A program made the translations under genes and the position numbers. Shown here piece by piece: positions 47,802 through 58,416 of a stretch of DNA of 64,000 nucleotides (positions are counted from its first letter, which is position 1; every line of letters starts with the position of its first letter). The stretch is taken from the NCBI GenBank assembly GCA_965233585.1, contig CBDDTI010000745.1:64001-128000 (forward strand), given 5' to 3'. Below the pieces are notes generated by a model that searched no databases, was not told where the DNA came from, and saw only the letters and a list, made by a program, of their open reading frames with translations. The DNA comes from a bacterium. Its GTDB lineage: Bacteria; SAR324; NAC60-12.

Positions 47802-48959
47802 ATGCCTTTCAGCTTACCTATCCCCTTACTTGACCTTCATTCTCAACTAGCCCCAATCCGTCAAGAACTTCTTGATGCCATGACAGAAGTGCTAGATTCT
47901 GGTCAATATATTTTAGGTCAAAAAGTTGAGGCTTTAGAAGAAGCTGTTGCTGATTTAGTTGGCACTCGTTACGCAGTGGGTGTGTCATCTGGGACAGATG
48001 CGTTATTGGTGGTTCTTGATGCACTTGGTGTGGGTCATGGCGATGTTGTCCTTACTTCAGATTTTTCGTTCTTTGCGTCTGCTGGTGTGATTGCAAGACT
48101 TGGAGCAACTCCTATCTTTGTTGACATTGATCCAATCACTTATAATCTTTCACCGATTCATCTGCAAAAAACACTTGAGCAACTTCCTGATGTCAAGAAA
48201 GTGAAAGCCATCATGCCTGTCCATTTATACGGACAATGTGCCTCAATGCAAGAGATTTTAGCGATTGCCAAGTCATACAACTTGCCTGTCGTGGAAGATG
48301 CGGCACAAGCGATTGGTGCAACAATGAATTTAAAAGGTCAGCTTGTTTCTGCAGGAAGCATGGGAATTTGTGGGTGTTTTTCTTTTTTTCCAAGTAAAAA
48401 TCTGGGAGTGTTGGGAGATGGTGGCATGGTCACGACAAACGATCAAGCACTGGCAACATTGATTAAACAAAAACGTATGCACGGAGAATCACAAGCCTAT
48501 CAACATGAAACGATTGGGGGAAACTTCCGTCTTGACCCACTTCAAGCCGCTGTGGCATTGGTCAAACTTCCTCATCTCAAAACATGGCAGAACTCACGGG
48601 CAGACAACGCCAACTACTATCGCCAACTTTTCTTGCAAAACAATTTAGAACATCTCTGTCCAACAGAAGTACATCAAGGAGGACATGTTTACAATCAGTT
48701 TGTGATTCGCACACCCAAACGTGACGCACTTCAAACATTCTTACAAAACAAACAAATTGCCTCACGCGTTTACTATCCAATCCCTTTCCACAAGCAACCT
48801 TGCTTCCAAAAGTTTCAACAACTTGACGGCATCTTTCCTGAATCTCTTCGTGCATCGCAAGAAGTCCTTGCACTGCCTGTTTATCCCGAATTATCAAAGG
48901 ACGCACAACATTATATTGTAGAAAGCATTGCTGGATTCTTTGCCTCCCACCCAGATTAA
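47802..48959 (+). CDS. DegT/DnrJ/EryC1/StrS PLP aminotransferase
   Basis: SSGTDAL, PVHLYGQ, EDAAQAIG, FSFFPSKNLG..GDGG. Confidence 0.93.
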   Translation: MPFSLPIPLLDLHSQLAPIRQELLDAMTEVLDSGQYILGQKVEALEEAVADLVGTRYAVGVSSGTDALLVVLDALGVGHGDVVLTSDFSFFASAGVIARLGATPIFVDIDPITYNLSPIHLQKTLEQLPDVKKVKAIMPVHLYGQCASMQEILAIAKSYNLPVVEDAAQAIGATMNLKGQLVSAGSMGICGCFSFFPSKNLGVLGDGGMVTTNDQALATLIKQKRMHGESQAYQHETIGGNFRLDPLQAAVALVKLPHLKTWQNSRADNANYYRQLFLQNNLEHLCPTEVHQGGHVYNQFVIRTPKRDALQTFLQNKQIASRVYYPIPFHKQPCFQKFQQLDGIFPESLRASQEVLALPVYPELSKDAQHYIVESIAGFFASHPD

Positions 48960-50299
48960 TGTCTCCATTTGTCAAAGAATTTACAGGAGTTTTGATTCCT
49001 GTGTTGATGATGATTGTGTTGCATCTGACAACCAACATCATTGACGGCTTTTTCATTGGTAATTTTGTTGGTGAAATTGCATTGGCAGGAGTGCAGTTTG
49101 TCGCCCCTGTGATGAGCATGATTTTTGCCACGTCGCTAGTTATCGCAAGTGGTTGTGCCACTATGGTTGGCATTGCAATAGGTGCTAAAAAAGATGACGA
49201 TGCCAATCAAGCCTTTGCTCATGGCTGGTTCTGCTGTTTGTTGCTCAGCTTTTTGTTAATGATTGTTGGAACATGGGGTATTGAATGGATTCTTAACCTG
49301 CTTAATGCAACACCAGTCATTTGGAATGATTCACATGACTATCTAGCTATCAGACTGAAGTACAGCGGTTTTTTTGCAGGATTGGTCTTGTTGGAAAGTG
49401 CGTTGCGCAATGACGGACAAGCCAAACAAGCCTCATGCTGCGTCGCCTTTGGGGCATTAATCAATTTGATTTGCACCTATTTTTTTGTGAAAAATTGGGG
49501 GGTGTCAGGTGTGGCAGCTGCAACAATCTTGTCCGAAGTCTTGACTGTGTTGATGATGGTTGTGCTGATTTTGAGGAAAAAAGGAGTGCTTCAGTTCGTT
49601 AAGCCTATTTGGAATGTCAAGCAAATATGGAACATTGTCTATAATGGCTCATCTGATGGAATGACAGGAGTTTCAAACAGCATTGTTTTTTATGCGTTTA
49701 ACTTGACCTTGCTTGAAAATTTTGGGGAGTTAGGAGTGGCTTCTTATGCAGTCATCAACTACCTTTCACTTAGCTTTTTTATGATCAACATTTCCCTTTG
49801 CATCACCATGCAAACCTTTGTCAGTCGTTCTTATGGTGCAGGGGACTATCAACAAGTTTTAAGGTCTTTTTATTTTTCTTTCAAAGTTTCTGCAGCGGTG
49901 AGTCTGATGATTTATCTCTTCATTGCATGGCAAGGAAGAAGTCTTGCAGGGTTGTTCGTCAATGACCTTGAAATGATTGAGATGATCTATCAAGGCTTTT
50001 TAATTTATGGCATCGGTTTTGGATTTTTAATTTTTAGCTATTTGGCAACTATTTTTTTGACAGCACTACACCAGCCTTTGCCTTCTCTTGTGATTGCTCT
50101 TTGTGAAAATTTGATTTTCATTTTGATCGCTCTACTCGTCTTGCCTTCCTTGTTAGGAAGTGTTGGAGTTTGGGCAAGTCTTCCTGTTGCAGAATGTTTA
50201 GCACTTGCTGTCAGTGTTCCCCTCTTTTTGAAGCAGAGAAAAAGATTAAAACTTAAAAGGCAAGAAACAACATGCCTGAGGGGGCAATCTTATCCTTAG
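48959..50299 (+). CDS. MATE-family efflux transporter
   Basis: IDGFFIGNFVGEIALAG, LRNDG, WGVSGVAAAT, GVWASLPVAE; about 12 TM segments. Confidence 0.88.
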   Translation: MSPFVKEFTGVLIPVLMMIVLHLTTNIIDGFFIGNFVGEIALAGVQFVAPVMSMIFATSLVIASGCATMVGIAIGAKKDDDANQAFAHGWFCCLLLSFLLMIVGTWGIEWILNLLNATPVIWNDSHDYLAIRLKYSGFFAGLVLLESALRNDGQAKQASCCVAFGALINLICTYFFVKNWGVSGVAAATILSEVLTVLMMVVLILRKKGVLQFVKPIWNVKQIWNIVYNGSSDGMTGVSNSIVFYAFNLTLLENFGELGVASYAVINYLSLSFFMINISLCITMQTFVSRSYGAGDYQQVLRSFYFSFKVSAAVSLMIYLFIAWQGRSLAGLFVNDLEMIEMIYQGFLIYGIGFGFLIFSYLATIFLTALHQPLPSLVIALCENLIFILIALLVLPSLLGSVGVWASLPVAECLALAVSVPLFLKQRKRLKLKRQETTCLRGQSYP

Positions 50300-50323
50300 A
50301 ATCTACCCCTCTTCTTGTCAAAG

Positions 50324-51709
50324 TCATGCAACCTCAATGACTCCCATCATGCCAGACACCTGATGCCCCAAAATATGGCAATGAAACATCCACAAACCTT
50401 CATTATCTGCAACAAAAGCGATGTCAGCACTTTCACGTGGGTTTAAAAACACAGTATCGCTCCAGTAAGGGTTTTTCAATGCTTTTTGATTGAATGACAA
50501 CACTTGAAAAGTATGCCCATGAAAATGAATAGGGTGAGCAAAGCTAGTGTCATTGACCATCTTAAAAAGATAGGATTGATTCTTCTTGAGCGAAAGAATG
50601 GGTTTTTTGTTATCTGATGACTCCTTCATAGAAAAATCATTGATTGACCAAAAGACTTGGCTCATCATTCCTCTCATCATGCCAAGCCCCATCATTCCAC
50701 CTTTTAGAACGACTTCATGTTCTTTGGCAAGATTCAGATTCGGCTTGGCAAGAGGGTTTTCAGGCAAAGCGGGTGGAGGTGTTTGCAACCTAGAAGCACG
50801 GATTGCACGACCTTTGGGCTGAATACTAAAAAGCTGTGCGGTCATTTGATTGTTGAAAACTCCATTTGTTCGGTCAACAACAATCAAAGGCTTTTGGGTG
50901 GCTGGAACATCTACTACAACATCTATACGCATGCCAGAGCCAATTAGCCACGGTTTGTAAGGTTGCGGGGGAACAGGGTGTCCGTCAATGGCAATGAGTG
51001 TTGCATGCTCAAACTGACTAAAATCGGGTGTAAAATCTCTGGCGGTACAGCCATTAATGATTCGCAAACGTACGCGTGAATGAGGTGCAAAAGAAAAGGC
51101 TGGACGATAAAGCCCATTGGCAGTTGTGACGTTTCCCCAACGTCCTGCGTGTGACATCTCGTGCCAGTTTTTAAAGTCATCATCAATTTGAAAACGACGA
51201 TCCAATAGCCAATCTTTAATGACGATAGTCTGGTCTGCATCAACAGGGTATGCCTTCGGTTCTTTGATAATCAATGCACCCAATAATCCCCGCCCTAATT
51301 GTTCAGCACTGTTGGTGTGAGGGTGATACCAGTAAGTTCCTGCATCGTGAGACGCAAATTGGTAGCGGAAACTTTCACCTTCCAAAATTGGTTTTTGTGT
51401 CAGATGAGGTACTCCGTCCATTGCATTTGGAACACGCACTCCGTGCCAATGGACAGTCATGTTTTGGTCTATGTCATTTTTGACCAAAATTGAAAGCTCT
51501 TCTCCTTGTTCTGCCACAAGGACAGGGGAAAATGCGTTCTTTTGAAATGACCAAACTTCTGTTGCAGATTCACCCGGTATCAGATTGAGGCGTGTCTTTT
51601 GAGCATGCAGTCTGCTGGTGGGGCTTGCAAATAACATTTGCGAAAAAGGTGCGGTTGTCAACATTGCAGAAGAGGCAACGGCTGTTTTTAAAAAAGTTCT
51701 TCGTTTCAT
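50324..51709 (-). CDS. Tat-exported multicopper oxidase
   Basis: KRRTFLK signal; HWHG, YHPH, HPIHFHG, HCHILGH..SGM copper motifs. Confidence 0.93.
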   Translation of the reverse strand: MKRRTFLKTAVASSAMLTTAPFSQMLFASPTSRLHAQKTRLNLIPGESATEVWSFQKNAFSPVLVAEQGEELSILVKNDIDQNMTVHWHGVRVPNAMDGVPHLTQKPILEGESFRYQFASHDAGTYWYHPHTNSAEQLGRGLLGALIIKEPKAYPVDADQTIVIKDWLLDRRFQIDDDFKNWHEMSHAGRWGNVTTANGLYRPAFSFAPHSRVRLRIINGCTARDFTPDFSQFEHATLIAIDGHPVPPQPYKPWLIGSGMRIDVVVDVPATQKPLIVVDRTNGVFNNQMTAQLFSIQPKGRAIRASRLQTPPPALPENPLAKPNLNLAKEHEVVLKGGMMGLGMMRGMMSQVFWSINDFSMKESSDNKKPILSLKKNQSYLFKMVNDTSFAHPIHFHGHTFQVLSFNQKALKNPYWSDTVFLNPRESADIAFVADNEGLWMFHCHILGHQVSGMMGVIEVA

Positions 51710-51756
51710 AATATGATTGATAGTTTGGGGGTTAAGAGTAGTTTCATGGTCAAAAT

Positions 51757-52986
51757 CTAACGTATGATAAAATCTTTAATCTGAATGTTCTCAAATTTAG
51801 CAAGACCATTCTTGTTTCTTGGGACGTAAACCACCGCTTGAATTTCTGCCTGAATGCCATCAGCTTCTGCAATCAGACGAATGTCATACCATTGGCTGTA
51901 AAAAATAAAAATGTTGCGGAGGAATCCTTCATTCGTCACTTGGTTAGTGACTTGGTCAATCTGAGAGTTTTTCGTATAGCGAGGGCGTACCCCTTTGTTG
52001 TCTTTTTTCAAAAGTTCTGACGCAATGCTGTCTGCAAAGGGAATCAAATTTTGTAAAGTTTTAGGGGGAGGGCGTTCTCTTTGTTGACGGTAGTATTCAG
52101 AATTTTCGTCAAATCTCCTGATAAATTCAGCGATTTCTCCCTCCGTCGCAAGATTGATATTGATGCGTGGCTCGGCTTCTCCTGTTCTGCTGGTGTCTCC
52201 TACCTCATGCACTGTGAAGTATTTTTGCCATGTTTCATCAGGCACTTGGCTTTCTGCCACTCCTTGAATCAGCCGAATTTCAGATAGGCGGTCAAGCCTG
52301 CGGTTTTTAATGGTCAGGTCAGGTGCAGGTCTAAACTGAATGTATGCCTCTCCTTCAACCCCTGTAATCCCAATTTCTGACTGATAAGGGCTTCCATTGT
52401 CCTTCGCATCCATCCAGTCAAAGATGGCGGCATACATGCTTGTAATTTCTTTAAAACTCAAATACCGACTTCTCTCACGTTGGGAATCCTCGCTTGTGAT
52501 AGAGACAGGAATCTGCCGCATGATGTTATAAAACTCATTGAACACTTTGCGATCGTCAGTGGTATCACTGTCTCTTGTGTTGCCTCGTGTCTGCATACGG
52601 TTCAGGTTAAAGAGGTGATCAATGGGTCTGATGTAAGGTGTGTAAAGAATGGCATCATCAAGGTCTGGAATGACGCCTTGAGGCAGGGCAATTAAGTCAG
52701 GGGACGGATTTAAAATGGAAGGGTCTTGAATACCAGCAAGTTTTTGAATTTGTGACATGCCTGTAAAAAGACGCCTTTCATCTTGTGCCAAGGCAACTAA
52801 AACCGCTTTGAATAATGACTTGACCACAGAACGTGCTATGAAGGCAGAACGGTAGTTGTAAATTGTTCTGTTTTCCAGCGAGGCTTCGTAAAAGAATGTT
52901 GTTGACAGAAGTGAGATTAACGCCAAAATGACCATAGCCATAATCAAAGCAACCCCTCTTCTTGTCCGATTAGTGAGCATCATCAA
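51757..52986 (-). CDS. gspK: Type II secretion minor pseudopilin K
   Basis: RRGVALIMAMVIL prepilin-like start; IFDWMD, NR.LD.LSEIRLIQG, RININLAT. Confidence 0.8.
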   Translation of the reverse strand: MMMLTNRTRRGVALIMAMVILALISLLSTTFFYEASLENRTIYNYRSAFIARSVVKSLFKAVLVALAQDERRLFTGMSQIQKLAGIQDPSILNPSPDLIALPQGVIPDLDDAILYTPYIRPIDHLFNLNRMQTRGNTRDSDTTDDRKVFNEFYNIMRQIPVSITSEDSQRERSRYLSFKEITSMYAAIFDWMDAKDNGSPYQSEIGITGVEGEAYIQFRPAPDLTIKNRRLDRLSEIRLIQGVAESQVPDETWQKYFTVHEVGDTSRTGEAEPRININLATEGEIAEFIRRFDENSEYYRQQRERPPPKTLQNLIPFADSIASELLKKDNKGVRPRYTKNSQIDQVTNQVTNEGFLRNIFIFYSQWYDIRLIAEADGIQAEIQAVVYVPRNKNGLAKFENIQIKDFIIR

Positions 52987-53539
52987 TCATCTTTAAATTA
53001 ACACCACTGAGCCAGTCATGGATTCCTCTTTTCTCTTTAGAAAAAAAGATCAACAGCAAAGGCAGTGCAAAAAACATCATTAACCAAGCAAAACAGGATT
53101 CTCGCAACAAAAATCTCCAAAAAATTAAAAAAGAAGAGCGGGAAGTAAAGGTCATACCATAAACCCACTTCCCCGGTGAAGTCCCACATAAACTGTGAAA
53201 AATGACAAAATACAAAATGCTGACGAATAAATAAGGCATCAGCAGTAAGAATAAATCATCTTGCGGTATATATTCAATCCAAATAATAAATTTTTGTTGA
53301 TAAAAAATTTTATTAAAAATTAAGAACCAGAGACCAATGATGAGATAGTCCAACAAGCAGGCAAGGAGTCGTCTGAAAAGAGAGGCAGGAAGGTAGGAGG
53401 TCTCAATTTGCAATGGTGAAAGGGCTTGGGATTGCCTTGCTTTGCCACAAAGAGAACAATGTTTTTGAGAGCTGTATAAGGGGTTTGCACAAGCCTTGCA
53501 AATCCCTGTTTGTGTCAAGAGATGGATTGGGACATTCAT
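52970..53539 (-). CDS. RDD-family membrane protein with N-terminal zinc ribbon
   Basis: CKAC...CSLCG; ASLFRRLLACLLD, GTSPGK, KRGIHDWLSG. Confidence 0.85.
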   Translation of the reverse strand: MNVPIHLLTQTGICKACANPLYSSQKHCSLCGKARQSQALSPLQIETSYLPASLFRRLLACLLDYLIIGLWFLIFNKIFYQQKFIIWIEYIPQDDLFLLLMPYLFVSILYFVIFHSLCGTSPGKWVYGMTFTSRSSFLIFWRFLLRESCFAWLMMFFALPLLLIFFSKEKRGIHDWLSGVNLKMIDDAH

Positions 53540-53548
53540 GGGGTTGTT

Positions 53549-54841
53549 TTAGTCTGAAAGACGTTCAATGGACGCACCAAGTGCATTGAGCCGAGTGTCA
53601 ATGGCTTCATACCCTCTGTCAATTTGATGCACGTTGTGGATCGTCGTTTGACCTTCTGCACACATTGCCGCAATCAACAATGCCATACCTGCACGAATGT
53701 CTGGAGAGACCACAGTAGAACCATGCAACAGAGTCGGTCCAGAGATGACGGCACGATGAGGGTCGCACAGCACTATTTTTGCCCCCATTCCGATTAAATG
53801 GTCAATCCAGTATAAACGGCTTTCAAACAACCTTTCGTGAATCAGCAATGTCCCATGACATTGTGTTGCAAGGACTAGTAAGATGCTCATCAAATCAGCA
53901 GGAAAGGCAGGCCAAACAGAATCTGAAAATTGAGGAATAGAGTTTGACCAGCCTGTCCTCACGGACAAACCTTGTTTGGCAGAAATATGCAAAGCATTTT
54001 CATCAACTTTGACCTTCACACCAAGACGCTTAAAATACTCTAAAATCAGATGCAAATGATGCACACCCGCTTCTTTGATGAGTAAATCGCTGGACGTAGC
54101 TGCTGCCAAACCAATGAATGACCCTACTTCAATGTGGTCTGGTTGGATGGTGTATTCCCCACCGTGTAAGGTATTCACACCAATCACTTCCAACTTGTTT
54201 GTCCCAATGCCTGAAATCCTTGCACCCAGTGAATTGAGAAAATGGCACAACCCTTGTACATGAGGTTCACAGGCGGCATGATAAATCGTTGTTCTTCCTT
54301 CTGCCAGAACTGATGCCATCAAAAGATTTTCTGTTGCCATGACACTTGCCTCGTTCAAATGTAAATCGCAACCCGTGAGTTGTGTGCAACGCATGCTGTA
54401 AATTTTGTCTTCTGAAAAAGTAATCGTTGCACCCAGTTTTTCTAAAGCGTCAAGGTGTGTGTCAAGAGGTCGTATGCCAATCCTGTCCCCGCCTGGCACA
54501 GGAAGTTTGACAGAACCAAGCCTCGCAAGCATAGCACCTGCCAGCAAAAATGACCCGCGAATCCTTGAGGCATGTTTGAGTGAAAGCTGGTCTTGTGTCA
54601 CTTCTTTGGCATGGACTTCAAGCGTGTGTGTGTCAACTGGTTTGATGCACACCCCGAGCTGAGTCAATAAATGTTGCAGGTCTTGAATGTCTTTGATGTG
54701 AGGAATGTTTTTCAGCAGAACCGCTTCTTTCGTCAAGAGACACGCTGCCAAAATTGGCAGGGCTTCATTTTTGTTGCCTGATGGCGTGATTGCTCCTTGT
54801 AAACGATTTCTGCCTTGAACAATAAATTTTTGATAAATCAT
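53549..54841 (-). CDS. murA: UDP-N-acetylglucosamine 1-carboxyvinyltransferase (Asp at the active-site Cys position)
   Basis: GNKNEALP, PGGDRIG.RPLDTH, SVMATEN, AACEPH, PDIRAG, IDRGYE. Confidence 0.95.
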   Translation of the reverse strand: MIYQKFIVQGRNRLQGAITPSGNKNEALPILAACLLTKEAVLLKNIPHIKDIQDLQHLLTQLGVCIKPVDTHTLEVHAKEVTQDQLSLKHASRIRGSFLLAGAMLARLGSVKLPVPGGDRIGIRPLDTHLDALEKLGATITFSEDKIYSMRCTQLTGCDLHLNEASVMATENLLMASVLAEGRTTIYHAACEPHVQGLCHFLNSLGARISGIGTNKLEVIGVNTLHGGEYTIQPDHIEVGSFIGLAAATSSDLLIKEAGVHHLHLILEYFKRLGVKVKVDENALHISAKQGLSVRTGWSNSIPQFSDSVWPAFPADLMSILLVLATQCHGTLLIHERLFESRLYWIDHLIGMGAKIVLCDPHRAVISGPTLLHGSTVVSPDIRAGMALLIAAMCAEGQTTIHNVHQIDRGYEAIDTRLNALGASIERLSD

Positions 54842-54919
54842 AAGGTGTTGTCAAGCAATAGTCTTACGTCAAGAGTATTACAAAAAGTCTGTTTTTTCCA
54901 ATTTTTTATACCCTTTCCC

Positions 54920-55750
54920 CGTCATTTCTTACCTTGACCCGCAATCTCTCTACTGCCGTCATTCGGAGCGAAAGCTCCGAATCCATGCTATGTTGACGAT
55001 AGATTCCGTGTCAAGCACGGAATGACGGGAGCATCATTGCTCATTTTGAAAACCGTCATTCCGCACTTGATGCGGAATCTCAAAAGAAGTGAACGAAGGA
55101 AAAAAGAGAGATTGCAGGTCAAGCCCGCAATGACATTTTTCAAGGTGAACCATGACGAAAAGACAAGCCTGCAACCTCCCTGTCATTCCGCACTTGATGC
55201 GGAATCCACTAGCAGTTAGAGGATAGATTCCTGTCGTGCCTCTCTCAGTCATTCCGCACTTGATGCGGAATCTCAAACGCCCTCCGTCATTCCGCACTTG
55301 ATGCGGAATCTATTACCAAACCAAGCATGGATTCCTGCTTGCGCTCCGAATGACAAAGACAGAGGCAACAATGACCAAAGGCAAAACTGCAACACTCACG
55401 TCATTCCGCACTTGATGCGGAATCTCAAAAAAAGTGAACGAAGAAAAAAAGAGAGATTGCGGGTCAAGCCCGCAATGACGCGGGAATGAGAAAAAGAGCA
55501 AAATCCCCTGTCATTCCGCACTTGATGCGGAATCTCAAAAAAAGGCGTTGTTGGCAAAAAGATAAGGAAGATTGCGGGTCAAGCCCGCAATGACTTTTTT
55601 CAAGGTCAGCAATGACGAAAAGACACGCCTACAAAACCTCTCAGTCATTCCGTGCCTCTCTCAGTCATTCCATGCTTGATGCGGAATCTCAAAAAACAAA
55701 AGTTGTTTAGGAAAAAAATAAGAGATTCCGTGTCAAACGCGGAATGACTT
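54920..55750. repeat. Cluster 3 (largest, about 15 units) of CGTC-tagged palindromic elements
   Basis: Many gtcattccgcacttgatgcggaatct copies alternate with inverted agattgcgggtcaagcccgcaatgac copies. Confidence 0.92.
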
Positions 55751-55796
55751 GAACACAAGCCATCGGTGACTCAAAGAGTAGATTGCAAAGTGTTGG

Positions 55797-56765
55797 TCAC
55801 TTGTTGTGCAACTTGACTTGTTGTTCAATCCAATAATATGTTTTTTGGAGACCTTCTTTGAGGGGTAAGGTGGGTTGCCAGTTGAGTGTTTGTTGAATGA
55901 GTCGGTTGTCGGAGTTCCTGCCCCTGACGCCGAGAGGTCCTGAAATATGCTTGAGTTTCAGGTTTTTGCCTGCAATGTTCATAATGAGAGAGGCTAGTTG
56001 ATTGATGCTGACCATTTCTTCAGAGCCGATGTTGACAGGACCTTGAAAGTCAGAACGCATGAGACGGATTGTGCCTTCTACACATTCATCAACATAAAGA
56101 AAAGAGCGAGTTTGCTGACCATCTCCCCAAATTTCAATAGAGCTACCATCGTCAGCTTGTGCGATTTTTCTACAAAGTGCAGCAGGTGCCTTCTCACGTC
56201 CGCCTTGCCACGTTCCGTAAGGTCCAAAGATGTTGTGGTAACGTGCGATGTGGCATTGCATGTGATGACAGCGGTTGTAAGTCAAAAACAATCGTTCGCT
56301 GAACAACTTCTCCCAGCCATATTCGCTGTCAGGTGCGGCAGGGTAGGCGCTTTCTTCACTGCAAATGGGATTGTCAAGGTCTTCTTGGTTGTAGGCGGGG
56401 TACATGCAAGCGGAGGAAGAATAGAAGACACGTTTGATGTTGCGTTGGTGGCAGGTTTTAAGAACGTTGAGGTTGATTAAAGCGGAGTTGTGCAAAATCT
56501 CAGCATCGTTGTCGCCAGTGAAGACAAAACCTGCACCGCCCATGTCCGCTGCCAGCTGATACACTTCATCAAATCTTCTATCCACAACTTGTTGCACGAC
56601 TGACCAATCACGTAAATCTCCCACCAAAAAGTCATCTGCTTGCGTGTCTTGAAATTCAGGAAATTTGAGGTCAACACCTCTCACCCAACTGCCTTCTGCT
56701 TTGAGAGTTCTGACAAGTTGATTGCCAATAAAACCACCTGCACCACAAACTAAGATTTTTTTCAC
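55797..56765 (-). CDS. NAD-dependent epimerase/dehydratase, GDP-mannose 3,5-epimerase-like
   Basis: GAGGFIG, QLAADMGGAG, YSSSACMYP, YGWEKLFSE, GGREKAPAALCRK, GVRGRNSDN. Confidence 0.88.
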   Translation of the reverse strand: MKKILVCGAGGFIGNQLVRTLKAEGSWVRGVDLKFPEFQDTQADDFLVGDLRDWSVVQQVVDRRFDEVYQLAADMGGAGFVFTGDNDAEILHNSALINLNVLKTCHQRNIKRVFYSSSACMYPAYNQEDLDNPICSEESAYPAAPDSEYGWEKLFSERLFLTYNRCHHMQCHIARYHNIFGPYGTWQGGREKAPAALCRKIAQADDGSSIEIWGDGQQTRSFLYVDECVEGTIRLMRSDFQGPVNIGSEEMVSINQLASLIMNIAGKNLKLKHISGPLGVRGRNSDNRLIQQTLNWQPTLPLKEGLQKTYYWIEQQVKLHNK

Positions 56766-56819
56766 TGCAATTCTCCTTCAATTTTCTAAAAAAAGTCTGA
56801 AACGTCCAAAAATTAAATT

Positions 56820-57860
56820 TTACTTTTTAGACTTGGTTGGCGGTTCTTGTTCGGCAGGTTCTGCTTCAGGTTGAACAAGATGATGTTTGAGTTGAATTTC
56901 TTTGAAGATTTGGTCAATCATGTCTGGATTTTCAAGGAGGAATTTCTCAGAGTTGTCCTTGCCCTGACCAATCCTTGTTTCTTGATAAGAATACCAAGTG
57001 CCGCTCCTTTGAATGACTCCTGAGGTGACACCCACGTCTAATAAACTTCCAATTTTAGAGATGCCTTGCCCGTAAATTAGGTCAAGTTCTACTTCTTGAA
57101 AAGGGGGAGCGACTTTGTTTTTGACAACTTTGATCTTCACTTTGTGTCCAACTGCTTGGTCTCCCTTCTTAATGAGAGTGGACTTTCTGACATCAAGTCG
57201 GATACTGGAATAAAATTTGAGTGCATTGCCCCCTGTTGTTGTCTCAGGGTTTCCAAACATCACGCCAATTTTCATACGTAGCTGATTGATAAAAATAAAA
57301 ATCGTGTTGGACTTGGCAACAGAGCCTGTGAGCTTTCGCAGTGCTTTTGACATCAGGCGTGCTTGAAGACCAACTTGATTGTCCCCCATCTCTCCCTCTA
57401 GCTCACTTTTGGGGACAAGAGCTGCCACAGAGTCCACGACGACAATATCCACTGCATTACTGCTGACCAGCATGTCTGCAATTTCAAGGGCTTGTTCACC
57501 AAAGTCAGGTTGGGAGACGAGCAAATCTTTAATGTTGACACCCAATCGTTTGGCATTGGCTTTGTCAAGGGCATGTTCTGCATCAATAAAAGCAGCAGTG
57601 CCTCCTTGTTTCTGGACTTCTGCCACTGCGCACAAAGCCAGAGTTGTCTTGCCAGAAGATTCAGGACCGTAAATTTCTGTAATCCGTCCTTTGGGCAGCC
57701 CACCAATTCCAAGCGCAACGTCCAAGCCGATGATTCCCACACTGCAACACGGAAACTGCACCGTAGAGTCATCTAGTTTCATAATAGAACCCTTGCCAAA
57801 TTGACGGTCTATTTGAGAAATTGCCGCTTCCAACGCCTGTTGTCTTTCTTGTTCAAACAT
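56820..57860 (-). CDS. recA: Recombinase A
   Basis: [44 protein letters not shown]; start placed at the ATG following AAGGAG. Confidence 0.98.
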   Translation of the reverse strand: MFEQERQQALEAAISQIDRQFGKGSIMKLDDSTVQFPCCSVGIIGLDVALGIGGLPKGRITEIYGPESSGKTTLALCAVAEVQKQGGTAAFIDAEHALDKANAKRLGVNIKDLLVSQPDFGEQALEIADMLVSSNAVDIVVVDSVAALVPKSELEGEMGDNQVGLQARLMSKALRKLTGSVAKSNTIFIFINQLRMKIGVMFGNPETTTGGNALKFYSSIRLDVRKSTLIKKGDQAVGHKVKIKVVKNKVAPPFQEVELDLIYGQGISKIGSLLDVGVTSGVIQRSGTWYSYQETRIGQGKDNSEKFLLENPDMIDQIFKEIQLKHHLVQPEAEPAEQEPPTKSKK

Positions 57861-58131
57861 AAAACTCCTTTGAATATCAGTCATCTCCTTCTGTCTCAAT
57901 ATGACTTGCTGACTAAAAGCGAATCAGTATAACACATCGCAACTCCAATGAAAAATGATAACTTCCTTGCTTTTTTTCTTGTTGTGAGTCAGCCTGCTTG
58001 CTGATTTTGGAGGTTCTGAATCAAGCACGCCATGACGTGAAAATTGAGGAGAATGAGAAAAAACAGCCTACAAAGTGGGGAAGCCACGTCTGAAATGATT
58101 GACTTGAACGTTTTTGAACTGGTGAAGAAGT

Positions 58132-58416
58132 TTATTTTTGGGGTAGGGCAGACACAGACCTGCCGTGAAAAATATAGAAGGACTTTTTGAGGTCAAAATG
58201 GCAAATCAGCTCATAGATTACCCGACCGTGATTAAAAACTGTGATTTTCTGCTTATCTGGATGAAAGGGAGTCACCTCAAACTTAATAGATTTGACAGCG
58301 ATTGCATAACAAACTCTTGTAACCCTTTGAATTTTAAATTTATCTGATTTGAGCAGAAAAGATGGAGCGAACTCAACAGAAACTGACTGGATTTGTTGAT
58401 AAAACTCCCTACACAA
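58132..58416 (-). CDS. Hypothetical protein overlapping the Panacea gene; candidate toxin
   Basis: 94-aa basic ORF whose TTG start overlaps the Panacea gene end by 8 bp. Confidence 0.5.
   Translation of the reverse strand: MCREFYQQIQSVSVEFAPSFLLKSDKFKIQRVTRVCYAIAVKSIKFEVTPFHPDKQKITVFNHGRVIYELICHFDLKKSFYIFHGRSVSALPQK

Noticed and set aside
54920..55750. Palindrome cluster as a second CRISPR array, and the short ORFs inside it as genes
   Set aside because: Units occur in both orientations with irregular spacing and reused linkers; the ORFs are repeat translations.
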